64,000 bases of DNA, from assembly GCA_964521095.1 (NCBI GenBank), contig CAZFPJ010000002.1, forward strand, positions 85,108 to 149,107, read 5' to 3'. Positions 15,936 to 26,796 of the stretch are shown here, one piece after another. The notes below the pieces were generated by a model. That model saw only the letters and a program-made list of their open reading frames with translations, searched no databases and was not told the origin of the DNA. Positions within the stretch are counted from its first letter, which is position 1. The number at the start of each line of letters is the position of its first letter. This DNA comes from an uncultured Candidatus Saccharibacteria bacterium. GTDB lineage: Bacteria; Patescibacteriota; Saccharimonadia; Saccharimonadales; 2-12-FULL-41-12. The position numbers were made by a program, and so were the translations under genes.

Positions 15936-17810
15936 ATGGATAAAAAACCTTTTAAAGGCAAAAGTAGCAGAGGGCCCAAGAAGCTAAAACAAGGCTGGAG
16001 AAATGCCGGCTTTATAATATTAGTGGCGTTGTTTGGTCTGATAATCTTTGCCTCAACCAACCAGCCTTCCAAGCTACAGGAAGTAGCGTTTTCTGATGTT
16101 GTCGCTAGAGCCAACCGGGGCGAAGTGAAGAAAATTGAGATAGCCGGCGACAATTTAACAGTTACCAAAAAAGGCGAGGATAAGCCTAGTCAAAAATCTC
16201 GCAAAGAAGCCGGCGCTAGTATATACGAGCAAGGCTTAAACAAAGATGCACCTGTTGAAATAACTAATAAACCTGCATCAAACACTAGTGCAATTTGGAC
16301 CAATGTTGCCTTGAGTCTGTTGCCAATTATTGTTATTGGGATCATCCTGTTTTACATGCTAAAGAGTGCTCAGGGGCAAGGTAATCAGGCTATGAGTTTT
16401 GGCAAGAGTCGTGCAAAACTTTATGGTAACGAAAAAGAAAAAGTAACCTTCAAGGAAATTGCAGGTAGCGAAGAGGCCAAAGAAGACCTAGAAGAGGTTG
16501 TAGAATTCTTAAAAGAGCCTAAAAAGTTTGAAGGTCTAGGTGCTCGGATTCCAAAAGGAGTACTTTTGGTCGGCCCTCCGGGAACTGGTAAAACCATGCT
16601 GGCTCGCGCGGTAGCCGGTGAGGCTAATGCGCCTTTCTTTAGTATTAGTGGCTCGGAGTTTGTGGAAATGTTTGTTGGAGTTGGTGCGTCCCGTGTTCGT
16701 GACTTATTTGCCAAGGCCAAAAAGAATGCCCCATGTATCATCTTTGTTGACGAGATCGACGCAGTCGGCCGTAGGCGAGGTAGTGGTATGGGTGGCGGGC
16801 ACGATGAACGAGAGCAAACCCTAAACCAAATATTGGTAGAGATGGACGGATTCGAGCAAGGTCAAAATGTGATTGTCTTGGCTGCTACTAACCGAGCAGA
16901 TGTGCTTGATCCGGCTTTGCTTCGACCGGGTCGTTTTGATCGCAGAGTCAATATAGGCTTGCCTGACCGGAAAGACCGCGAAGCGATTTTAGAGACACAC
17001 TTCAAGAAAAAACCAGTTGCTAAAAATGTTGATCTAAAAGCGTTAGCTGGTAAGACTGCAGGTAGTTCTGGAGCCGATTTAGCTAACATTGCCAATGAGT
17101 CGGCTATTTTGGCTGCTCGTAAAAACCAAAAGGAAATTACCAATAATATTGTTACAGAAGCTTTTGAAAAAGTGGCGATAGGTCCAGAGCGCAAAAGCAA
17201 AGTAATGAACGATGCCGAAAAAGAGATGACCGCTTATCACGAGGCTGGCCATGCTATTGTTGGCCATGTTTTGCCAGACAGTGACCTGGTCCACAAGGTG
17301 ACAATTATCCCACGAGGTGGAACCGGCGGCGTTACTTGGTTTATCCCTCCAGAAGATAAGAGCTATCACAGTATTTTGGAATATAAAGATATCCTTGCCC
17401 GTATGCTCGGCGGACGAATTGCCGAAGAAGTTATTTATGGTCGGGACAGGGTAACCACTGGGGCTGGTAATGATCTGCAGAAGGCTTCAGAGCTAGCGCG
17501 AGACATGGTGATTAATCAAGGCATGGGCAAGGCACTTCGTGATCAGGTGTTCCAGATAGAATCAGGCATGATGTTTGATCGGATGACGCATGAACGACAG
17601 TATTCTGAAGAAACCGCTAAAATAATCGACGACGAAGTAGAGGCATTAATTACAGAGTCAGCCCAAAGAGCACGAGATGTCATCAAGGCAAACCGCACAA
17701 AACTAGAAGCATTGAAAGAGCTTTTGCTAGAAAAAGAGACAGTAGAAGCCGACGAAGTAATAGAAGTTTTAAAAGGTTCGGCATTGCCAAAATCTGCTGC
17801 ACTTTATTAG
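15936..17810 (+). CDS. ftsH: ATP-dependent zinc metalloprotease FtsH
   Basis: Two N-terminal TM segments, AAA module GPPGTGKT / IIFVDEIDA, zinc site HEAGHA. Confidence 0.97.
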   Translation: MDKKPFKGKSSRGPKKLKQGWRNAGFIILVALFGLIIFASTNQPSKLQEVAFSDVVARANRGEVKKIEIAGDNLTVTKKGEDKPSQKSRKEAGASIYEQGLNKDAPVEITNKPASNTSAIWTNVALSLLPIIVIGIILFYMLKSAQGQGNQAMSFGKSRAKLYGNEKEKVTFKEIAGSEEAKEDLEEVVEFLKEPKKFEGLGARIPKGVLLVGPPGTGKTMLARAVAGEANAPFFSISGSEFVEMFVGVGASRVRDLFAKAKKNAPCIIFVDEIDAVGRRRGSGMGGGHDEREQTLNQILVEMDGFEQGQNVIVLAATNRADVLDPALLRPGRFDRRVNIGLPDRKDREAILETHFKKKPVAKNVDLKALAGKTAGSSGADLANIANESAILAARKNQKEITNNIVTEAFEKVAIGPERKSKVMNDAEKEMTAYHEAGHAIVGHVLPDSDLVHKVTIIPRGGTGGVTWFIPPEDKSYHSILEYKDILARMLGGRIAEEVIYGRDRVTTGAGNDLQKASELARDMVINQGMGKALRDQVFQIESGMMFDRMTHERQYSEETAKIIDDEVEALITESAQRARDVIKANRTKLEALKELLLEKETVEADEVIEVLKGSALPKSAALY

Positions 17811-17885
17811 CCAATCAGGCAAAAATAGAAACACTCAATTTTAACCTGTAAAAAACAGGGCTTAGACTTTATAATAAACAGTATA

Positions 17886-19478
17886 GTGTATCGAAATCGT
17901 TTTTTATCTCGTGCAAACAAGCGGATTAGCTTGGGCAGCGCCGCATCCTTGTTGGCGTTTGCTGCTTTTTTGGGTCAGTTACTTGGGCTACTAAGAGTGA
18001 AGCTGGTTAATGCTAACTTTCCAGCACTCGGCCCAGACAGTACTGATGCATATTTTGCTGCGTTCAAAATTCCGGATTTCTTTTATTTTACAGTTGCGGC
18101 AGGTGCATTAGGCGTTGCCTTCATACCATTTTTAACAGATAGACTTAATCGGGGCGACAAAAAGGGTGCTTGGGAGCTAAGCAATAGTCTGCTTAACTTG
18201 CTCGCCTTAATTATGTTGGCGGTGGGTGTGATTATTTTGGTTTTTGCAGAACCTTTAATTCACTATATCGTAGCGCCAAACCTTGCTCCGGAACAATTGC
18301 ATAATGCCACGACCATTATGAGGCTAGTAGCCTTTAATCCATTCCTGTTTACTGTAGCTGGCATATTGATGGCGGTTCAGCAGACTTTTGGGCGGTTTTT
18401 CTTTTACGCTATTGGGCCACTTGTATATAACTTGTCAGTGATAATTAGTATCTATGTATTCAAAGACAATGTTGGGCTAATTGGGCTAGGTATCGGCGCC
18501 TTGATTGGTGCTTTACTTCAGCTATTTATTGCCCTTTTTGGATTCTCCGGACTCAGTTTTAGGTGGCGTTGGGGCATCAAATGGGCAGACACGGACTTTA
18601 GGCATATGTTGCGACAGCTTCCTCCAAGGTCTATCGACCAGGGAGTGGACTCTATAAACAGTATTGTCGAGACGAACTTTGCTAGGCGTCTGGGGGAGGG
18701 CAACATTACATACTACGAGAATGCGTTTGTGCTACATACCGCCCCGACCATGTTGGTGGGTACGGCTATCGCTACAGCTGCATTCCCTAGGCTGTCAGAG
18801 CGGTTGAGTCAGGGGCGTCCAGATTTATTTAGGCGTGATTTCTTACGGATTATGCGTGTAATGATATGGATAATTTTACCCATAAGTGTGGTTATGTACT
18901 TCTCCAGAGGTTACTTAGCCCGTCTAATCTTTACGCGGGATGCTCCAGAGATTGCAGTAATATTAGGATTTTTCATTGGAGCGATTGTCTTTAGAACCAT
19001 ATATATGATCATGTCTAGGTGGTTTTATGCTCAGAAGGACACCAAAACACCACTTTTTGTCTCGTTATTCGCGATAGCACTTAATATTATGTTGGCTTAC
19101 ACGCTATCAAGGCCAACTGCTTATGGGGTTGCCGGTTTGGCGATGGCGCAGTCTATAGTGGCTGCGTCAGAAGTAGTTTTGCTTTTCTTTATTATGATAA
19201 TCCGTGATCGCAAGCTTTTGGATCCAGCCTTTTTTGGTGGACTTCTCCGCATAGTATCGGTTACTGGCTTCACAGTCATAGCTACTTTCGCTATGATATC
19301 TGTCCTGCCCCTAGAAACAAGTGACCGTGGTTTTGTGACTCTCGCTACAAAACTAAGTTCAATAACTTTCGTAACTTTGTTTGTGCATGTTGGCATGTCG
19401 TATTTGTTTGGGCTTGAAGAGGCAAGGCCGGTGGTAAGGAAGGTGAAGAGTATAATATTGTCACCAATTAAGATTTAG
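17886..19478 (+). CDS. murJ: lipid II flippase MurJ/MviN
   Basis: 530-aa polytopic protein. N-terminus LGQLLGLLRVKLVNANFPA..DAYFAAFKIPDFFY is typical of MurJ. GTG start. Confidence 0.85.
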   Translation: MYRNRFLSRANKRISLGSAASLLAFAAFLGQLLGLLRVKLVNANFPALGPDSTDAYFAAFKIPDFFYFTVAAGALGVAFIPFLTDRLNRGDKKGAWELSNSLLNLLALIMLAVGVIILVFAEPLIHYIVAPNLAPEQLHNATTIMRLVAFNPFLFTVAGILMAVQQTFGRFFFYAIGPLVYNLSVIISIYVFKDNVGLIGLGIGALIGALLQLFIALFGFSGLSFRWRWGIKWADTDFRHMLRQLPPRSIDQGVDSINSIVETNFARRLGEGNITYYENAFVLHTAPTMLVGTAIATAAFPRLSERLSQGRPDLFRRDFLRIMRVMIWIILPISVVMYFSRGYLARLIFTRDAPEIAVILGFFIGAIVFRTIYMIMSRWFYAQKDTKTPLFVSLFAIALNIMLAYTLSRPTAYGVAGLAMAQSIVAASEVVLLFFIMIIRDRKLLDPAFFGGLLRIVSVTGFTVIATFAMISVLPLETSDRGFVTLATKLSSITFVTLFVHVGMSYLFGLEEARPVVRKVKSIILSPIKI

Positions 19479-19480
19479 CC

Positions 19481-21262
19481 ATGGAACAAAAAAATACAAG
19501 AAATTTTTGCATCATTGCCCATATTGATCATGGCAAGTCTACTCTTGCTGATCGCTTGTTGGAGCTGACAGGCACAGTCCAGAAGCGAGACATGAAGGCA
19601 CAGTTACTAGATAAAATGGACCTAGAGCGAGAGAAAGGAATTACAATCAAGCTAGCTCCTGTCCGGATGGACTACAAGGGTTTTCAACTTAATCTAATTG
19701 ATACGCCGGGGCATGTAGATTTTTCTTACGAAGTTTCTCGTAGTTTGCAGGCCTGCGAAGGAGCGATTCTAGTAGTAGATGCTTCGCAGGGCATCCAGGC
19801 ACAGACCTTGGCTAATTTATATCTTGCCATGGAGGCGGACCTGGCGATTATACCCGTTTTAAACAAAATCGATCTACCGGCATCAGATGTCGAAAAAGTT
19901 AGCAAAGAAGTCATGAGTTTAATTGGATGTAAAAAAGAAGACATCATTTTGATCTCCGCCAAAACTGGCAAAGGGGTCGACAGTGTGCTAGAGGCAGTCG
20001 TTAATCAGATACCCCAACCAAAGGGCATCGTTGATAAGCCTTCCAGGGCTTTAATTTTTGATAGTTATTATGATGATTATCGTGGCGTGATTTTATATGT
20101 TCGTGTGGTCGATGGGTCTATAGGCAAAAATGCTGAAATCAAGATGATGGCAACAGATGCCAACGGACTTGCCTTGGAGGTTGGTAGCTTGCAACCGAGC
20201 ATGCTTCCCAGCAAAGAGCTGGCCACCGGTGAGATTGGATATATAGTAACGAACCTCAAGAGCACCAGAGAGGCTAAAGTTGGTGATACTGTCTCGTTAT
20301 CTTCTGCTCCAGCGCAGACCGCCTTGTCCGGCTACAAAGAGATTCACCCATTTGTTTATGCAGGGTTCTTCCCAGAAAGCAATGAATATTATCAGGAGCT
20401 AAAAGATGCTATAGAAAAGCTGTCTCTTAGCGATTCGGCTTTGCAATTTAGTTTAGAAAACTCGCCCGTGCTTGGCTTTGGGGTACGGATTGGCTTTTTG
20501 GGATTGCTTCATATGGACATTGTAAGGGAGAGGCTAGAGCGAGAATACAGCCTAAGTTTGGTGGTAACTAATCCGTCGTCAGACTACCAAGTCAGTCTAC
20601 TAAATGGAGATTCTGTAGATATTCGTTCGGCTAGCGAATTGCCAGACCCAGCCCAAATAGCAGAAATTCGCGAACCCTGGATAAAGGGTGAGATTGTGGT
20701 GCCAAAGGACTATGTTGGCGGAGTGCTACAGCTCATCACAGGCAAGCGAGGTTTACAAAAAAATATTAGCTTTGTAGATGAAGTTTTGGCCGTTATAGAC
20801 TTCGAAGCCCCCTTGGCCAATTTATTGACCGATTTTTATGACGAGCTAAAAAGCATCACCAGCGGTTACGGTTCATTCAATTACGAGCTAGATAACTACA
20901 GAGCAGAAGATCTGGTCCGAGTAGACTTTTATGTTGCGGGCGATAAAGTCGACGCATTAAGCGTCATGGTGCATCGAAGCGAAGCACAAAGTCTTGGTCG
21001 AGAGACGGTTAAGAAATTGAAAGACATAATTCCAAGACAAAACTTTAAGGTCGCTCTGCAGGCAGGAATTGGTGGCAAATTTATCGCCCGCGAAGACATT
21101 AGCGGATACAGAAAGGATGTTACTGCGAAATTGTACGGTGGTGATGTGTCTAGGCGCAAAAAGCTGTTAGAAAAACAAAAAAAGGGCAAGGCTCGTATGA
21201 AGCGATTTGGCAAAGTAGACATCCCTAGCGAAGCCTTTACGGTAATGCTCAAAAGAGACTAG
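19481..21262 (+). CDS. lepA: translation elongation factor 4 (LepA)
   Basis: G-domain AHIDHGKSTLADRLL and DTPGHVDF, with a LepA-specific C-terminal region. Confidence 0.97.
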   Translation: MEQKNTRNFCIIAHIDHGKSTLADRLLELTGTVQKRDMKAQLLDKMDLEREKGITIKLAPVRMDYKGFQLNLIDTPGHVDFSYEVSRSLQACEGAILVVDASQGIQAQTLANLYLAMEADLAIIPVLNKIDLPASDVEKVSKEVMSLIGCKKEDIILISAKTGKGVDSVLEAVVNQIPQPKGIVDKPSRALIFDSYYDDYRGVILYVRVVDGSIGKNAEIKMMATDANGLALEVGSLQPSMLPSKELATGEIGYIVTNLKSTREAKVGDTVSLSSAPAQTALSGYKEIHPFVYAGFFPESNEYYQELKDAIEKLSLSDSALQFSLENSPVLGFGVRIGFLGLLHMDIVRERLEREYSLSLVVTNPSSDYQVSLLNGDSVDIRSASELPDPAQIAEIREPWIKGEIVVPKDYVGGVLQLITGKRGLQKNISFVDEVLAVIDFEAPLANLLTDFYDELKSITSGYGSFNYELDNYRAEDLVRVDFYVAGDKVDALSVMVHRSEAQSLGRETVKKLKDIIPRQNFKVALQAGIGGKFIAREDISGYRKDVTAKLYGGDVSRRKKLLEKQKKGKARMKRFGKVDIPSEAFTVMLKRD

Positions 21263-21313
21263 CTCGCCCCCTAATCAAGTGGTCAATAAGTTAAATTATG
21301 GTATAGTCTTTGC

Positions 21314-22015
21314 ATGGAAGAGAGGCTAAAACAAAAGTTATCTGCCTACAAAACTCCCCCCGAGGCGGTAAAGGTGGTTAGTAATACGGCTATAGTTTTT
21401 TTGGTTGGGATATCTGGTGCTGGCAAAGATACTGTGCGCAAAGAGCTACTTGCTACTGGCGATTTTCATCACATTGTTTCGCATACTACCAGGCCTCCAC
21501 GCCATAATCATGGTGTTTTAGAACAAGATGGGGTGGATTATCATTTTGTAGATGTTAAAAAAGTCGAAAACATGCTCGATAATAAGGAATTTATCGAGGC
21601 GAAAATATTTAGCAATAATGTTTATGGAACTAGTATTGCAGAAATTCAGGCTGTTCACGACGCCGAGTTAATTGCCATCAGCGATCTTGAGATACAAGGA
21701 GTTGCAGAATATATGGCTATTAGTCCGGCGGTTAAACCAATTTTTTTACTACCTCCAAGTTATGAAATTTGGCAGGAGAGGCTCAAAAGGCGATACCACG
21801 ACAACGACATAGACCCAATAGATATTAGTAGGCGACTCCAAACTGCAAAGGTAGAACTGCAAGAAGCATTGGAAAAGGATTATTTTTATTTTGTGATCAA
21901 TAACGATTTAGAAACATCAATTCAGCAGGTAGAAGCAATAGCCAACGGAACTCTCGCTAAAGAGTCTACCAAAGAAGCCAGAACTCTCGCCAAAGACCTG
22001 CTTGCAAAACTCTAG
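21314..22015 (+). CDS. gmk: guanylate kinase-like protein
   Basis: P-loop GISGAGKDT and SHTTRPPR..DGVDYHFV motifs. Has an N-terminal extension relative to typical Gmk. Confidence 0.7.
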   Translation: MEERLKQKLSAYKTPPEAVKVVSNTAIVFLVGISGAGKDTVRKELLATGDFHHIVSHTTRPPRHNHGVLEQDGVDYHFVDVKKVENMLDNKEFIEAKIFSNNVYGTSIAEIQAVHDAELIAISDLEIQGVAEYMAISPAVKPIFLLPPSYEIWQERLKRRYHDNDIDPIDISRRLQTAKVELQEALEKDYFYFVINNDLETSIQQVEAIANGTLAKESTKEARTLAKDLLAKL

Positions 22016-22038
22016 CACTCTTGAATACAGAGTGCTAA
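22012..22038. promoter_or_regulatory. CIRCE operator (HrcA binding site) upstream of hrcA
   Basis: CTAGCACTC-N9-GAGTGCTAA versus the consensus TTAGCACTC-N9-GAGTGCTAA. The spacer contains TTGAAT, which with TATCAT (22044-22049) gives a 17-nt-spaced promoter. Confidence 0.85.
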
Positions 22039-22050
22039 TTTGATATCATT

Positions 22051-22761
22051 GTGACTATTATGACCAGTAGACAACAGGAGATATTGAAAGCAGTTGTAGA
22101 GCAATATGCCGAGGTGGCTAGTCCCGTAGGCAGTAGTTTGCTAGCCAAGCTTTTTGATGTATCGAGTGCCACTATTCGCTCCGAGATGGCCGAGTTAGAG
22201 AGGCTGGGCTTTATCACGCAGCCGCATACTAGTGCGGGGAGAATTCCAACAGACAAGGGTTATAGGTTCTATGTGAATGGCCTACAAGAACAGGATCCAA
22301 ACAGCATCTCTAGGCAAGCACATGCCATAGAGAGGCAAATCCGAGGCTCAGGAGAAGCCGAGCAAGCTATAAAGAACGCTGTCCAGGCGCTTGCGTTGGC
22401 CACTAACAATTTAAGCATTGGTCTGCATGATGGGCGAACTTATCAATATGGTTTGGCTAGCTTGTTTCAGCACCCCGAGTTTTACGGAGGGCAAGAAGCC
22501 TTTGGTATTGCTCAGCTTGTCGAGCGCTTGCCAGAGTTGATTAGCCAAATTTACGAAGAGGACAACAGGGTCACTGTGTACATAGGCCAAGAAAACCCAA
22601 TCGGTCGTTCGGCTGGAGCTAGCTCAATTATTGGTCGAGTCCATACGCCAGACGGCCAAAGCTTTGTTGGCGTAGTTGGCCCAACACGACAAAATTATAA
22701 TCAAGTAGTTGGTTTGGTAGATTATGTAAGTAGCACACTGGAGAAAGCCCTTAATGCCTAA
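22051..22761 (+). CDS. hrcA: heat-inducible transcription repressor HrcA (short form)
   Basis: N-terminal winged HTH ([49 protein letters not shown]) and C-terminal GPTRQNY. Only 236 aa. The start could be ATG 22060 rather than GTG 22051. Confidence 0.85.
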   Translation: MTIMTSRQQEILKAVVEQYAEVASPVGSSLLAKLFDVSSATIRSEMAELERLGFITQPHTSAGRIPTDKGYRFYVNGLQEQDPNSISRQAHAIERQIRGSGEAEQAIKNAVQALALATNNLSIGLHDGRTYQYGLASLFQHPEFYGGQEAFGIAQLVERLPELISQIYEEDNRVTVYIGQENPIGRSAGASSIIGRVHTPDGQSFVGVVGPTRQNYNQVVGLVDYVSSTLEKALNA

Positions 22762-23212
22762 AAAGCCAAAAGTTGAAGATCTAGAGATGCAAATCTCGGA
22801 ACTCAAAGAAGCCTTGCAGAGAGAGCGAGCAGATGTCATCAATGTTCGCCGTAGGCACGACGCACAGATGGCGGGCTTGCAGACAACCATAAGAGCCAGC
22901 GTTATTACGGAGCTGTTACCAACAATAGACAACCTAGAAAGGGCCCTAGCTCATACGCCAAAAGACATCCAAGAGCACGATTATGTAAGAGGTGTTAACG
23001 GCGTAGTAAGACAGTTTGCAAAAACCCTAGCAGATCTTGGCGTAGAGCGCATAAAAACGGTTGGAGAGGTTTTCGATCCACAGTTGCACGAAGCGGTAAG
23101 CATGGAAGACGCAGGCGGTAATCAAGAAATAGTTAGCGAAGAATTGCAGTCCGGCTATAAACTAGGCGACCAAGTCGTCCGACATGCCATGGTGAAGGTG
23201 AAGAAGCAATAG
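22754..23212 (+). CDS. grpE: nucleotide exchange factor GrpE
   Basis: 152 aa. Coiled N-terminus, then the conserved [22 protein letters not shown] region. Lies between hrcA and dnaK. Confidence 0.9.
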   Translation: MPKKPKVEDLEMQISELKEALQRERADVINVRRRHDAQMAGLQTTIRASVITELLPTIDNLERALAHTPKDIQEHDYVRGVNGVVRQFAKTLADLGVERIKTVGEVFDPQLHEAVSMEDAGGNQEIVSEELQSGYKLGDQVVRHAMVKVKKQ

Positions 23213-23455
23213 ATGGCAGAGATAGCTAGAAGTCTCACAGCCCCACAGGCCTTTGTTATGTATCCTGTCAGGGAGCTATGTCAAGAAAGCGCTAGCCAGG
23301 TATACGAAGCTGTAGGCAAGCACTTGATAGATTTATATGAAAAAGATGTGTCCGTAGACGCAGAGGCATTTTTGGTAACTTTAGATAACGGGCAAGAGGT
23401 GGCTTTTCAGTTCGCCCAAAGTGTCAAATACAAACAGCGCCAAGAAGCTGTCTAA
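23213..23455 (+). CDS. hypothetical protein, start abuts the grpE stop
   Basis: 80-aa ORF. Its ATG immediately follows the grpE TAG (caaTAGATGgca). No motif recognised. Confidence 0.5.
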   Translation: MAEIARSLTAPQAFVMYPVRELCQESASQVYEAVGKHLIDLYEKDVSVDAEAFLVTLDNGQEVAFQFAQSVKYKQRQEAV

Positions 23456-23471
23456 TCTATAGTGTCGATTG

Positions 23472-23500
23472 TTGACCTGTATTAAGCTCGTAAGATTATA
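23472..23500 (+). promoter_or_regulatory. candidate promoter for the 293-aa gene
   Basis: TTGACC (23472-23477), 17-nt spacer, ATTATA (23495-23500). Confidence 0.35.
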
Positions 23501-23554
23501 TGTTAGCTGGTTATGCTTGCACCAATAATATATGACGCATATATTTAATACTAG

Positions 23555-24436
23555 ATGATTGAATCACATAAAAATACTCCCGATGACATACTATTGAGAG
23601 CTCCCGAACTACAGCCTGCAATCATTGATGAGCTGATCCCGAAGCGACAGAAGCCTGGCGCTAAACTGATTATCTTAAATCAGATAGAGCAGGCAGATCA
23701 TATGTCCAAGTTAGAGCTTTCGGAAGCTACAGGATATTCAAACCATCATATCGGCATAAATGTTAGGTGGCTGGAGGCAGTGAGTTTGTCGGAATCTACT
23801 GAGCATGAAAAACCTGCACTATACTCCATTACGAAATTAGGAAGAACGGCCATGGATCAAGTCAGGGTCAACAAGGCTGAACTTTTTACAGCAGAGGGAA
23901 CTCTACTTGAACCTAGCTATAGTCTACGGAGTGCTGCTAGCTTTAACATTATTGACATGGTTTTACATGAGGCATCTTCTGTGAGTAGTGATGGCACGGT
24001 TTGGCTTCGGCAGAATGGGGACTCCGGAGGAGCCGTAGACGAGGTTGCCGAATTCGTTGGGTCCACAAGGGATACAGTAACTCGTAGACTTTATGACCTT
24101 AACACAAGAAACCTTGTTGATATAACGAAGAGAGAATCAAGAAAGAGGGGTTCAGTTGCCACAAATATCGGGGTTACCGTTTCCGGTCAGAAGTGGCATA
24201 GTGAGAGACTTAGCGACTTAGGCGCGTCAGATTGGACAGATAAATCCTATCAAATCGATGAAATTCTTGAGTTACAAGAAGGGCTTAGCCACCTAGGTAG
24301 CTCTGGCATAAATTTGCTTACTGATATAACCGGCCTTACGGCTATGACCTTGTCCGAATTGTCTGCGCACCAACAGTTTCTTAAGGAAAAATTTGAAGCT
24401 ATACGAGCAGGCGTGTTACCTCAAAAACGACGATAA
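23555..24436 (+). CDS. hypothetical protein with two winged-helix (MarR-like) segments
   Basis: 293-aa ORF. The segments ILNQIEQADHMSKLELSEATGYSNHHIGINVRWLE and VDEVAEFVGSTRDTVTRRLYDLNTRNLV look like wHTH. It sits between grpE and dnaK. Confidence 0.55.
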   Translation: MIESHKNTPDDILLRAPELQPAIIDELIPKRQKPGAKLIILNQIEQADHMSKLELSEATGYSNHHIGINVRWLEAVSLSESTEHEKPALYSITKLGRTAMDQVRVNKAELFTAEGTLLEPSYSLRSAASFNIIDMVLHEASSVSSDGTVWLRQNGDSGGAVDEVAEFVGSTRDTVTRRLYDLNTRNLVDITKRESRKRGSVATNIGVTVSGQKWHSERLSDLGASDWTDKSYQIDEILELQEGLSHLGSSGINLLTDITGLTAMTLSELSAHQQFLKEKFEAIRAGVLPQKRR

Positions 24437-24525
24437 TCTGCGAATAGTAGTAATATGCTAATCATTCAGGACTTTAAAATATATAATCAGATATTCTTGC
24501 TCAAAACCCTAGACAACGATTATTA

Positions 24526-24552
24526 TTGGCACTCTTGACACGAGACTGCCAA
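24526..24552. promoter_or_regulatory. CIRCE-like inverted repeat overlapping the dnaK promoter
   Basis: TTGGCACTC-N9-GACTGCCAA. The spacer contains TTGACA (24535-24540), followed 17 nt later by TAAACT (24558-24563). Confidence 0.6.
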
Positions 24553-24561
24553 CTCGGTAAA

Positions 24562-24588
24562 CTAGCAGTATTAGCATGCGAGTGCTAG
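24562..24588. promoter_or_regulatory. second, degenerate CIRCE-like repeat upstream of dnaK
   Basis: CTAGCAGTA-N9-GAGTGCTAG. The right arm matches the consensus well and the left arm matches partly. Confidence 0.45.
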
Positions 24589-24682
24589 AATTAAACCACA
24601 AGAATTAACAATCTAATAATAATCTTTGTACCCCAGTAGACTTATTCTTTTCTCGGTGGTGCAAAAGCGAGAGGAGATATAA

Positions 24683-26593
24683 GTGGGAAAAATTATAGGA
24701 ATAGACCTAGGAACAACTAACAGCGCTATGGCTGTGATGCAATCTGGCAACCCAGAGATTATTGCTAATAGCGAAGGCAACCGAACCACGCCAAGTGTAG
24801 TAGCTATCAACAAAAACAACGAACGACTTGTAGGTCAAGTAGCTAACCGCCAGAGAGTTACTAATGCCACCAATACTATCTTTGGTGTTAAAAGACTGAT
24901 TGGCCGTAAATTTAGTGACAAGGAAGTCCAAAAAGACATCAAGCTAATGCCATTTACCATTGCCAAAAAAGGCACAGGCGTTCAGGTAGAAATGTCTGGC
25001 AAAGGTTACAGCCCAGAAGAAGTTAGCGCTATGATACTTAGCAAGCTAAAGGCTGACGCCGAGGCTTTCCTTGGCGAGCCAGTAACAGAAGCAGTTATTA
25101 CTGTTCCTGCATACTTTGATGACTCCCAGAGGCAAGCTACCAAAGATGCTGGCAAGATTGCAGGCCTAGAAGTCAAAAGAATTATTAACGAGCCTACTGC
25201 AGCAGCGCTGGCCTATGGATTAGACAAAGGCAAGGAAGAAAAGATTGCCGTGTTTGACCTTGGTGGTGGTACTTTTGATGTGTCAATACTTCAACTTGGT
25301 GACGGCGTATTTGAAGTGCTTAGCACCAACGGCGACACGCATCTAGGTGGTGAAGATTTTGACCTTCGTATCGTTAATCACTTTGTTGACGAGTTCAAAA
25401 AAGAGTCTGGCATAGACATCAAAGACGACAAAGCAGCCATGCAAAGGCTCAAAGAAGAAGCAGAAAAGGCTAAAAAAGAGCTGTCTACCACAGAAGTTGC
25501 AGACATCAATTTACCCTTCCTAACGGCTGATGCAGACGGGCCAAAGCATTTCGAATACAAACTGACTCGTGCCAAATTGGTCGAGCTAGTTGGCGACCTT
25601 ATCGACGGAACAGCCAGCCCGGTAGAAAAAGCCCTAAAAGACGCCAAGCTAAAAGCCAGCGATATTAATGAGGTGATCTTGGTTGGTGGTATGACCCGTA
25701 TGCCAGCTGTTATCGAGAAAGTAAAGAAAATTTTTGGTAAAGATCCGAAGCAAGGCGTTAACCCAGACGAAGTTGTAGCCGTGGGCGCAGCTATCCAAGG
25801 TGGAGTTCTGCAGGGAGATGTTAAGGATGTATTGCTTCTTGATGTAACTCCACTCTCGCTCGGCATTGAAACTCTTGGTGGCGTAGCAACCAAGTTGATC
25901 GAGCGAAACACAACAATCCCAACCAGCAAGAGCGAGGTATTCTCGACTGCTGCGGATAATCAACCACAGGTAGAGATCCATGTTGTGCAGGGAGAGAGAG
26001 GCATGGTGGCCGACAACAAATCTCTAGGGCGATTTGTGCTAGACGGTATTCCGCCAGCACCTAGGGGTGTTCCGCAGATCGAGGTTACATTTAACCTAGA
26101 TGCCAACGGAATACTTAATGTAACTGCAAAAGACAAAGGTTCTGGCAAAGAACAAAGCATTACCATCCAAAACAGCGGTAACTTGGACAAAGAAGAAGTC
26201 GAAAAAGCTGCCAAAGAGGCCGAAGCTCACGCCGAAGAAGACAAGAAAAAACGCGAAGCCATCGAGTCTCGCAATATGCTAGAAAACGCTGTCTACCAGG
26301 CAGAAAAGCTAAAGACCGACAGCAAAGACAAGCTAAGCGAAGACGATGTAAAGGCGATTGACGAAGCGGTCGAAGAAGCCAAAAAAGTCCAGGGCGACGA
26401 CAAGGCCGAAAAAGATGCTATCGACGAAGCATTGAAAGCTTTAAACGACAAGATTATGCCAATCGGCGCCAAGATGTACGAACAAGCATCAGCCGAGGAA
26501 GCTCCTGCAGAGGGCGAAGAGGCAAAGTCTGACGAACCAGTAGAAGGCGAAGTAGTCGAAGACGACGACAAGACCGACAAAAAGAAGAAATAA
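24683..26593 (+). CDS. dnaK: molecular chaperone DnaK (Hsp70)
   Basis: [17 protein letters not shown] and the full Hsp70 architecture. GTG start with a GAGGAG ribosome-binding site. Confidence 0.98.
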   Translation: MGKIIGIDLGTTNSAMAVMQSGNPEIIANSEGNRTTPSVVAINKNNERLVGQVANRQRVTNATNTIFGVKRLIGRKFSDKEVQKDIKLMPFTIAKKGTGVQVEMSGKGYSPEEVSAMILSKLKADAEAFLGEPVTEAVITVPAYFDDSQRQATKDAGKIAGLEVKRIINEPTAAALAYGLDKGKEEKIAVFDLGGGTFDVSILQLGDGVFEVLSTNGDTHLGGEDFDLRIVNHFVDEFKKESGIDIKDDKAAMQRLKEEAEKAKKELSTTEVADINLPFLTADADGPKHFEYKLTRAKLVELVGDLIDGTASPVEKALKDAKLKASDINEVILVGGMTRMPAVIEKVKKIFGKDPKQGVNPDEVVAVGAAIQGGVLQGDVKDVLLLDVTPLSLGIETLGGVATKLIERNTTIPTSKSEVFSTAADNQPQVEIHVVQGERGMVADNKSLGRFVLDGIPPAPRGVPQIEVTFNLDANGILNVTAKDKGSGKEQSITIQNSGNLDKEEVEKAAKEAEAHAEEDKKKREAIESRNMLENAVYQAEKLKTDSKDKLSEDDVKAIDEAVEEAKKVQGDDKAEKDAIDEALKALNDKIMPIGAKMYEQASAEEAPAEGEEAKSDEPVEGEVVEDDDKTDKKKK

Positions 26594-26781
26594 TGACCGA
26601 ACAGCAACCTTGGAAGGACGAGTTAACTTCAGAAGAGGTTGCTAAGCTTGAGAAAATTGGCGAAAGAGTTACAGAATATTACAGCCAACCAGCAGATCGG
26701 TTACCTCCAGCCGATGGTGATGAACACGAAGAGGGTTTGATATTGAAAGATATAATAGAGAAAAGACTAAAAAAAGATTAA
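26593..26781 (+). CDS. hypothetical small acidic protein, start overlaps the dnaK stop
   Basis: 62-aa ORF with a TAATG overlap onto the dnaK stop codon. Confidence 0.45.
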   Translation: MTEQQPWKDELTSEEVAKLEKIGERVTEYYSQPADRLPPADGDEHEEGLILKDIIEKRLKKD

Positions 26782-26796
26782 ACTATACGGACAACT

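Noticed and set aside
25378-26607. Several 80-180-aa antisense ORFs within dnaK. The same pattern occurs inside ftsH, lepA, pilB, recA and the giant gene.
   Set aside because: These are shadow ORFs inside strongly supported conserved genes and have no independent signals.
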